The translations under genes and the position numbers were made by a program. A model generated the notes under the pieces. The model was not told where the DNA came from and searched no databases. It saw only the letters and a program-made list of their open reading frames with translations. A DNA stretch of 64,000 nucleotides from a bacterium (lineage in GTDB: Bacteria; Patescibacteriota; Minisyncoccia; Phycocordibacterales; Zambryskibacteraceae), in assembly GCA_023266935.1 (NCBI GenBank), contig JAHFOF010000002.1, positions 4,469 to 68,468 of the forward strand, read 5' to 3'. Below, in pieces: positions 57,369 through 64,000 of the stretch. Every line of letters starts with the position of its first letter. The first letter of the stretch is position 1.

Positions 57369-58367
57369 TTATACCAGCAATTTTTTGACTGCCTTTAGTA
57401 TATCTTTCTCCCCCATCCCATAATGTTCTATGAGCTCGTCTGGGGTACCAGATTGACCAAATTGATCTCGCACTCCAATAAACTCAATAGGTACTGGATA
57501 TTTTGAAGACAAGCATTCGGCCACGGCTGAACCCATGCCTCCAGCGATCTGATGCTCTTCGACAGTCACCACTCTACCCGTCCTCTTCACTGCATTTATA
57601 ATAGTTTCTTCATCGAGAGGTTTAATAGTTGAAAGATTCACCACGATACTGCCGATGTTTTCTGCTTCCAAACTTTTTGCAGCTAAAAGTGCTTTATAGA
57701 CCAATGCTCCTGTGGCAATGATTGTCACTTTGTGGTCCTGCCTACCGGCAGGCAGGTTTTCTGATTCATAAAATATTTGGGCCTTGCCTATTTCAAACAG
57801 AGTTTCTTCTGTGGTCATCACCGGAGTTTTCTCTCGAGCCAGACGAATATAAACTGGCGCATCAACTTCTACGCAAGCAATCGTCGCTTTCTTCGCTTCA
57901 ACTGCATCGCACGGAGAAATCACAATCATTCGAGGAATAACACGAGTGAGAGCGATGTCTTCTATGGCTTGATGGGTTCCTCCATCGGGCCCAACAGAAA
58001 CTCCAGAATGTGAACCGATGATTTTTACTGGGCGATTGTTGTAGCAAATTGTTGTCCTGATTTGTTCCCAATTTCTGCCGGGAGAAAACATCGCATAACT
58101 GGCGATAAAAGGAATCTTGCCCATCGCTGACATCCCACTCGCCACACTGGCAAGATTTTGTTCAGCTACCCCCATCTCTATAAATCGATTTGGAAACTTT
58201 TCTTTAAAAGCCAGCACTTGAGCGGATTCAGTCAGGTCTGCACAGAGAGCTACTACTTGAGGGTTTTTCTCTCCAGCGACGACCAATCCTTCTCCAAATC
58301 CTTTGCGAATAGGAATCTGTTCACAATCCTTATCAAATATTTTTTTGTTTAGGGTTTTGTTAAGCAT
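57369..58367 (-). CDS. Transketolase, C-terminal subunit (split transketolase)
   Basis: Pyrimidine-binding and C-terminal domains (FIEMGVAEQNLASVASGMS, GSHSGVSVGPDGGTHQ). Confidence 0.85.
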   Translation of the reverse strand: MLNKTLNKKIFDKDCEQIPIRKGFGEGLVVAGEKNPQVVALCADLTESAQVLAFKEKFPNRFIEMGVAEQNLASVASGMSAMGKIPFIASYAMFSPGRNWEQIRTTICYNNRPVKIIGSHSGVSVGPDGGTHQAIEDIALTRVIPRMIVISPCDAVEAKKATIACVEVDAPVYIRLAREKTPVMTTEETLFEIGKAQIFYESENLPAGRQDHKVTIIATGALVYKALLAAKSLEAENIGSIVVNLSTIKPLDEETIINAVKRTGRVVTVEEHQIAGGMGSAVAECLSSKYPVPIEFIGVRDQFGQSGTPDELIEHYGMGEKDILKAVKKLLV

Positions 58368-58391
58368 TTCATTTATAGTGAGCTAGTCGAA

Positions 58392-59258
58392 CTACTCGTG
58401 TTCAGATTTTATTTTTCCGCCTAATGTTCTTAATTCTTTTAGTGCTTGTTCCGCTTCTTTGGGTGAAGGTGGCTTACCATGCCAGCGATAATCTCGTTCA
58501 AACTCTTTCACTCCCTTGCCTGGGATAGTGTGAGCGATGATGACCGTGGGCTTCTCAAAAATTGTTTTACTCATTTCAAACGCATCAGCGATTTCTTCCA
58601 TATTGTGCCCATCAATCTCTATCACATGCCAATTAAAGGCGCGCCATTTATCCGAAAGAGATTCGAGAGGCATGATGTCTTCAGTAAATCCGTCTATTTG
58701 AATATTGTTTCTATCTACTACAGCTACTAAATTATGGAGTTTGTTTTTCCCTGCGAGCATAACTGCTTCCCAACTTTGACCTTCATCGAGTTCTCCGTCA
58801 CTCATCAAACAATAAATTCTCCTTTGTCCATCTTTAATATCTATTTTGTCTGCGAGCGCCATCCCTACCGCTTGAGAAAGTCCTGAACCGAGTGGGCCAG
58901 AACTTGTCTCAAGCATTGAGAGATAATCTCTGTGGGGATGACCTTGTAAACGTGAACTGAATTTGCGCAGAGTTAATAATTCTTCTTTAGGGAAATATCC
59001 AGCATAGGCCATCGTCGCGTATAAAACCGGGCAAATGTGCCCGTTCGAAAGCACTAATCTATCTCTATCTTCCCAAAATGGATTCTTCGAATCGTGTTTG
59101 AGTGTATGAAAATATAAAACGGTGAAGATATCCGCCATCCCAAGCGGTCCAGCCGTGTGTCCGGAGCCTGCTGTGACCAACATCTCTATAATTGATTCAC
59201 GAATATCATTCGCTGTTTCTTCGAGTTTTATTTTCTTTTCTTCAAAAAGATCTTTCAT
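58392..59258 (-). CDS. Transketolase, N-terminal TPP-binding subunit (split transketolase)
   Basis: TPP-binding motifs (GSGHTAGPLGMADIF, GDGELDEGQSWEA). Confidence 0.85.
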   Translation of the reverse strand: MKDLFEEKKIKLEETANDIRESIIEMLVTAGSGHTAGPLGMADIFTVLYFHTLKHDSKNPFWEDRDRLVLSNGHICPVLYATMAYAGYFPKEELLTLRKFSSRLQGHPHRDYLSMLETSSGPLGSGLSQAVGMALADKIDIKDGQRRIYCLMSDGELDEGQSWEAVMLAGKNKLHNLVAVVDRNNIQIDGFTEDIMPLESLSDKWRAFNWHVIEIDGHNMEEIADAFEMSKTIFEKPTVIIAHTIPGKGVKEFERDYRWHGKPPSPKEAEQALKELRTLGGKIKSEHE

Positions 59259-59259
59259 T

Positions 59260-59964
59260 TTAATTTGTAAGTTCTTGAAAATCTAACAAAGCTTCTTCGG
59301 GATCACCAGATGTGAAGATGGCCGAGCCGATGATGAGACGGTTCGCGCCGGCTTCGATTAATTCACTCGCATTTTCTAGATTAATCCCCCCATCGACTGA
59401 TACAATCGTTTCTGGAAACTTCTCTTTTAGCTCTTTAATTCTATCAAATATTTTCTGATCGAATGGATGGCCTTGCTCACCAATCTTCTCTATACTCATG
59501 AGGTGAATAAAATCTGCTTCGAGGACATGCGGATAAATTTTCTCCATTTGAGTTTCTATGTTCACCGCGAGCCCCACTTCTACCCCGAGGTGACTGTTGT
59601 TTTTACTAAATCTGTTTTTTAAAATAGAGAGTGTTCGACTGAGTTCATCATCATCAAATGATTCAAAATGAATGATGATTCTTTCTGCACCAGCAAGAAT
59701 CCAATCTTCAATAATCTCTTTTGGATTCTTCACCATCAGATGCACTTCGAAACTTGTTTCTTCCCAAAAAGGAAACCCTTCTACTTCGTTCACAATTTTC
59801 AAAAAATCTGTTTGATCTCCATCATACGGCCAATTAGATTTTGGAGTCAAAGTACTATTCGTCACATCTATGTGAACCATCGGTGCATGCCCAACCACGA
59901 GAGAAAGCTTTTCTTCTAAATCAGAAAAATCTTCGGGTAGAATCGCTGGGATAATCTCAACCAT
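59260..59964 (-). CDS. rpe: Ribulose-phosphate 3-epimerase
   Basis: TIM-barrel motifs MVHIDV..., HLMVKNP and VSVDGGIN, plus pentose-phosphate context. Confidence 0.75.
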   Translation of the reverse strand: MVEIIPAILPEDFSDLEEKLSLVVGHAPMVHIDVTNSTLTPKSNWPYDGDQTDFLKIVNEVEGFPFWEETSFEVHLMVKNPKEIIEDWILAGAERIIIHFESFDDDELSRTLSILKNRFSKNNSHLGVEVGLAVNIETQMEKIYPHVLEADFIHLMSIEKIGEQGHPFDQKIFDRIKELKEKFPETIVSVDGGINLENASELIEAGANRLIIGSAIFTSGDPEEALLDFQELTN

Positions 59965-60421
59965 TTAATTCATTCATCTTATTTATCCTCCTCACATGTC
60001 GTTCATCACCAGAAAACGGAATTTCTAACCAATCTTTCACTGCACTGAACGCTTCTTCTTCGGTTATGAACCTTGCTCCAAGGGCTAGGATATTTGAATC
60101 ATTATCATTTCTTGTCGCTTTAATAATAGAAGTATTAGTGTTTGGTCCATAATACACGCTTGCCCGAACGTCTTTAAACTTGTTTGCGACCATCGCCTCA
60201 CCTTGGCCAGAACCACCCAGAATAATCCCTCGAACCTCTGTAGAATTTGGATTTTTTGAAACCTCTTCGGCCACTTTCTCCATAAAGTCTGGGTAATCAT
60301 CATAAGCATCATATTCGAATGCTCCCTTATCTACGACTTCGTGTCCTAAATTTTCTAAGAATGGAATCAATTTACCCTTGAGTTCGAAACCCGCATGATC
60401 TGCCCCAATAAAAATTTTCAT
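59957..60421 (-). CDS. rpiB: Ribose-5-phosphate isomerase B (RpiB/LacAB family)
   Basis: MKIFIGADHAGFELK N-terminus and a GILIxGSGxG-type motif (GIILGGSGQGEAM). Confidence 0.85.
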   Translation of the reverse strand: MKIFIGADHAGFELKGKLIPFLENLGHEVVDKGAFEYDAYDDYPDFMEKVAEEVSKNPNSTEVRGIILGGSGQGEAMVANKFKDVRASVYYGPNTNTSIIKATRNDNDSNILALGARFITEEEAFSAVKDWLEIPFSGDERHVRRINKMNELNG

Positions 60422-60422
60422 A

Positions 60423-61448
60423 TTATTTTGATTTACCCACTTCTAATACATGTAGAAGCAGGGTGTGAGTATACCCCATCTCGTTGTCATACCAAGCGAG
60501 AACTTTTACTAAATTCCCCCCTACCACCCTAGTGAGAGAAAGGTCGGCCACCGAACCGAATTCAGAACCTATGATATCTGATGAAACAAGCTGTTCCGTA
60601 GTCACCGCAAACACCTTCGACCATCTTGGTTCAAGAGATGCTTTGTTCAAAATTGAATTCACTTCTTCAACTGTTGTATTTCTCTTGGCGATAAAAGTCA
60701 CATCGACAATAGAACCAGCGATGACTGGCACACGCATCGCTATCCCATCAAACAAACCTTCGAGTTTGGGGAAAGCCTTGGTCACCGCGATGGCTGCACC
60801 AGTCGAAGTAGGCACGATATTATACGCCCCTGCCCGTCCTTCACGAACATCGCGTTTGTTCGCTGAATCTACGATGGTTTGATTAATCGTATTAGCATGA
60901 GCAGTATTCAAAACTGCTTTCTCTATCCCAATCCCTTCGTCGAGAATAGCGATGAGAGGTGAAGCGGCGTTCGTTGTACAAGATGCATCCGAAGTAATGA
61001 GACACCCATTGAATTTACTTTCATTCACACCCATCAAAACTGTAGCCCCAGCGATCCCAGCAGGATCATCTTTCATCGGAGCGGTCACCACCACCCTTTT
61101 TGCTCCCGCTTCCAAATGAACCTTGGCTTTTTCATATGTAGTGAACAACCCAGTGGATTCTACAACTACATCGATGCCTAAATTTTTCCACGGGAGTTTT
61201 TGCGGGTCCTTTTCAGACAAATAAATAATTTCTTTTCCATCTAAAACTAGTTTTGTTTTATCAGAAGAAACAGAGGATGTGAACTGTGCTGGACCATAAA
61301 CCGAATCATGTTTAATGAGATAAACGATATTATCTATATCTGCAAGGTCATTCACCGCAACTACTTCAATTTCTGGATTATTTAGAGCAAGCTTCACAAA
61401 GCTACGGCCTATTCGTCCTGCGCCGTTCACGGCAACTCTTATTTTCAT
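60423..61448 (-). CDS. gap: Glyceraldehyde-3-phosphate dehydrogenase
   Basis: Rossmann NGAGRIGR and the catalytic SDASCTTNAASP. Confidence 0.9.
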   Translation of the reverse strand: MKIRVAVNGAGRIGRSFVKLALNNPEIEVVAVNDLADIDNIVYLIKHDSVYGPAQFTSSVSSDKTKLVLDGKEIIYLSEKDPQKLPWKNLGIDVVVESTGLFTTYEKAKVHLEAGAKRVVVTAPMKDDPAGIAGATVLMGVNESKFNGCLITSDASCTTNAASPLIAILDEGIGIEKAVLNTAHANTINQTIVDSANKRDVREGRAGAYNIVPTSTGAAIAVTKAFPKLEGLFDGIAMRVPVIAGSIVDVTFIAKRNTTVEEVNSILNKASLEPRWSKVFAVTTEQLVSSDIIGSEFGSVADLSLTRVVGGNLVKVLAWYDNEMGYTHTLLLHVLEVGKSK

Positions 61449-61485
61449 ATCATTATGATATCATATGCCACCCTCTGTTTCAGGA

Positions 61486-63801
61486 TTAAGAAGTGACGAC
61501 TTGTTGAGAAATTTCTTCGACTTCACAGACCCCACCCGCACAAGCGAGTTCTTTTTTTGCTTCGGTCTCATCGGTCAGTTCGTAGGTCATAATCTTGGAA
61601 AAATCGATGTTTTCAAATCTCTTTAAAAGTTCTTTATAGTGTTTCTCATCTATGGTCTCATAAGGAGCGAGTTGATAAACATGGTTTTCTCGAGGAAGGA
61701 ATGAAAGTCCACCGACGAGGTCCCAATTCTCATAAATCCAATTTGCCACGACGATCCACTCGTCTTCTCCGATAGAGATGGTGACCGAAGGATTATGTTC
61801 AGTAAAATATTGTTTAACCATTTTCCAATATTCTAATTGATCTATGGCCGTGAGGTCATTCTTGAATACTTTTGTGCTCGTGGGTGCTTTCACTGGGAAA
61901 TCGATAACAAACGTCGTAGCGTTCTCCATCGACTGACCAACTTCTGGATGATAAGGCACACCTTGGTCACGAAGCATTTTGAACAAAGCATCTGTAGAAG
62001 CAATACGAACACGACGAATATAATACGGTGCGTGTCGAGGATGCATGCCTGATGAACAATCAAAGGTTTGTGAACCATTGCCGTTCGGTTTTACACAAGT
62101 GATAGAGGTTGATCCGTTTATACCAAACTTCTTCGCATAAATTTTATTGATTCTAATGGTTTCTTTTTTTAATTTGTCGAAAGTTTTTGGATTACGCAGA
62201 GCGGGACAATCCCACTGACCAGTGACAGAAACTCCGAGGAGTCGCTCTTTCTCACAGTTTTCTTTCCACTCTTTAGAAAGATACGGGAAATAAGTTAAGG
62301 TAGATTGGAAAGTTCCGATAATCGTGGCGATCCTGATTTTACGCAACAAACTTTTTTCGGTGTCGTTCTCTCTGGCTATTGTTTCTGTGAGGTTACAAAA
62401 TTGTTTTGATTGAAGATATATTTCGCCACAAGGATTCGTCCCAATAGGTGGCATGTCTCCAACTTTCCACTGAGCCAGACGACGTTCGGGCATAGTTTTT
62501 GGTAGAGAACCTCTGTTGAATATTCCTCTCTCGCCCGAACCGGACTTCATTAGAGCCACCCACTCTTCCATAAACTGTGCGGCGGTTGGTTTCTCTTCAT
62601 AGACAGCTGAATTGTTCGCCAGCATTCTTTGGGGATCGGTGTTCCAGAATTGACCTTTCTTTGCATCACGAATATCGTTGTCATCGAGGTCAGAAAGTGA
62701 AATCATGGCTGAACGACGTACTCCACCAGATACCACAATATCAGCGATGGTTGTGATGATATCGTGAACATCGAGGTTGGAGAGTCGTTTTCCTTGCTTG
62801 GCGAGCATTTTCCTTCTAGTAAAGGTAAGTAACTGACGAAGTGGGTCTGGTCCACTCGATTTACCACCCATCGTAGAGAGTCGAGCCCCAGAAGGACGAA
62901 GTAGAGAGAAATCGAACTTTACATCTGCACCTTTCGCCCAAGTTTCCATGCCGTAAATAAAGGCATCACACCATCCTTCTTTCGAATCTGGGATAACAAA
63001 AGTTGGTGTCATCTTGCCTGTTTGTCTTTTTATTTGAGGAAGTTTGCCAATGTTCTCACTCTGCACCTGAAATCCAACACCAGCACCACACATCGAGATG
63101 TACATTATCTCTGCGATGTCTCTCCAACTTTCTGGAGCAGTGAATGAACAATTATAAGCACAAACATTTGTAGTTCGCGCCGCTTTACCCGCAAACTGGA
63201 AAAGTCGCATCGAGGGCATCGCTTCTTGTTTAAGGATTGATTCTCGAATTTCTGCGTACTCATTCTCTTTAAGTTTCTTACCTAAATTTTCTTTCATGAA
63301 ACTCATATATCGATCGACTGTTTCTATCCAAGTTTCTCTTCTGTTCTCTTCTGGTATCCAACGCGAGTAAGTTCTGTAGTAAACAAACTCTCCAAGTGGA
63401 TTTCTAAAATATTTTTTTGAGTCGGTCGCCAGTTTTTTTACTTTCTCAGGGACTTCAATGCCTTTGTATCGAATCGAATTTCTTTTTTCTCTGTATAAAA
63501 TGTAAGCCTTCGCAGTAGTGACGTATTCAGAGAGCATCAATTGTTTTTCTACAGAATTTTGAACCCCTTCAACAGTAGGAACAAAACTCGTATGCTTCTT
63601 AGAAATGCGAACGAGGTCTGCATAAACCCCGTTGGCAATAATTTCTGCTTCTTCTGATGAACCTTCACCCGTGGCTATCATTGCTTTATTCACCGCGTTC
63701 GCAATACGATCTATATCAAAGGAGACAATTTGTCCGTTTCGCTTTTGAACTTGTTTGATGAGCGAAACTTTTTTCATCGGGTTTTTTGTCGCCTTGGCCA
63801 T
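61486..63801 (-). CDS. nrdJ: Class II (adenosylcobalamin-dependent) ribonucleotide reductase with an N-terminal ATP-cone
   Basis: ATP-cone (VQKRNGQIVSFDIDRIANAVNKAM), the catalytic NPCGEI motif and a C-terminal Cys pair (CAGGVC). No glycyl-radical motif. Confidence 0.75.
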   Translation of the reverse strand: MAKATKNPMKKVSLIKQVQKRNGQIVSFDIDRIANAVNKAMIATGEGSSEEAEIIANGVYADLVRISKKHTSFVPTVEGVQNSVEKQLMLSEYVTTAKAYILYREKRNSIRYKGIEVPEKVKKLATDSKKYFRNPLGEFVYYRTYSRWIPEENRRETWIETVDRYMSFMKENLGKKLKENEYAEIRESILKQEAMPSMRLFQFAGKAARTTNVCAYNCSFTAPESWRDIAEIMYISMCGAGVGFQVQSENIGKLPQIKRQTGKMTPTFVIPDSKEGWCDAFIYGMETWAKGADVKFDFSLLRPSGARLSTMGGKSSGPDPLRQLLTFTRRKMLAKQGKRLSNLDVHDIITTIADIVVSGGVRRSAMISLSDLDDNDIRDAKKGQFWNTDPQRMLANNSAVYEEKPTAAQFMEEWVALMKSGSGERGIFNRGSLPKTMPERRLAQWKVGDMPPIGTNPCGEIYLQSKQFCNLTETIARENDTEKSLLRKIRIATIIGTFQSTLTYFPYLSKEWKENCEKERLLGVSVTGQWDCPALRNPKTFDKLKKETIRINKIYAKKFGINGSTSITCVKPNGNGSQTFDCSSGMHPRHAPYYIRRVRIASTDALFKMLRDQGVPYHPEVGQSMENATTFVIDFPVKAPTSTKVFKNDLTAIDQLEYWKMVKQYFTEHNPSVTISIGEDEWIVVANWIYENWDLVGGLSFLPRENHVYQLAPYETIDEKHYKELLKRFENIDFSKIMTYELTDETEAKKELACAGGVCEVEEISQQVVTS

Positions 63802-63896
63802 AAATTCTTTGGATAAAATTAGTGATAATATTTACTTATATTTGGTTATTCTACGGAAAATTAGGATGAAAAAACTGTGGATAACGATTTCTTTTT

Positions 63897-63934
63897 CATA
63901 AAAAATTAAATCTCCCACCTTGTAAAGTGGGAGG
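63897..63934 (-). terminator. Hairpin (CTCCCAC-CTTGTAAA-GTGGGAG) with a T-rich run on the minus strand, upstream of nrdJ
   Basis: A 7-bp stem read directly. It probably terminates a minus-strand gene beyond the window edge. Confidence 0.35.
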
Positions 63935-64000
63935 TCAAACGAGGGCTTTGTAGCGACTCAAAAAAAGACAGATTTCTAAAATTTTATAAACCCGTCGAGA

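Noticed and set aside
57369-59258. Split transketolase as a finding
   Set aside because: Two-gene transketolases, with separate N-terminal and C-terminal subunits, are common in archaea and many bacteria. It is annotated as a feature but is not unusual.
63802-63900. Possible NrdR box or cobalamin riboswitch upstream of nrdJ
   Set aside because: No convincing 16-bp NrdR palindrome and no B12-box (GCCACTG) were found by eye in the 200 nt upstream. Only a generic hairpin terminator is visible.

Overview
This is a low-GC window (roughly 35-40% by eye) that looks like a compact, reduced bacterial genome of the Patescibacteria/CPR type: short core genes, frequent gene overlaps and domain-minimal aminoacyl-tRNA synthetases. 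The backbone is housekeeping. On the minus strand rpoB-rpoC-dnaG-rpoD form a contiguous block, followed by a trmD/KH/rpsP ribosome-maturation cluster. Further genes are rnr, smc, rnc, a nusB-Nudix fusion, rnhB divergent from dnaE, thrS, gyrB, a monomeric-type pheS, tRNA-Thr(UGU), tsf-rpsB, prfA-rpmE, rplY and fba. A pentose-phosphate/glycolysis cluster (split tkt, rpe, rpiB, gap) and a class II RNR (nrdJ) close the window. Accessory content stands out against this backbone. (1) A ~1.08-kb protein-free interval (40415..41494) holds two tandem units of unique, GC-enriched, hairpin-rich sequence, each framed by the same two conserved repeat modules, one of which carries an intrinsic terminator. 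I read these as a pair of unidentified structured ncRNAs and consider them the most likely novel system here. (2) A ~60% GC IS110-like insertion (about 47.4-48.9 kb) has non-coding ends that could encode a bridge-RNA-type guide. (3) Several small GC-enriched ORFs are strongly signalled by promoter, SD and terminator: a His-rich membrane peptide, a 47-aa polybasic peptide, and a Zn-ribbon protein beside gyrB. (4) A YerC/TrpR-like regulator is flanked on both sides by a 20-bp palindrome centred on TATAAT. (5) Two adjacent giant secreted proteins (1134 and 1287 aa) carry Ig-like/FN3 repeats and share a C-terminal tail. No rRNA and no CRISPR array were seen. All calls come from reading the translations and sequence by eye; no database search was run.
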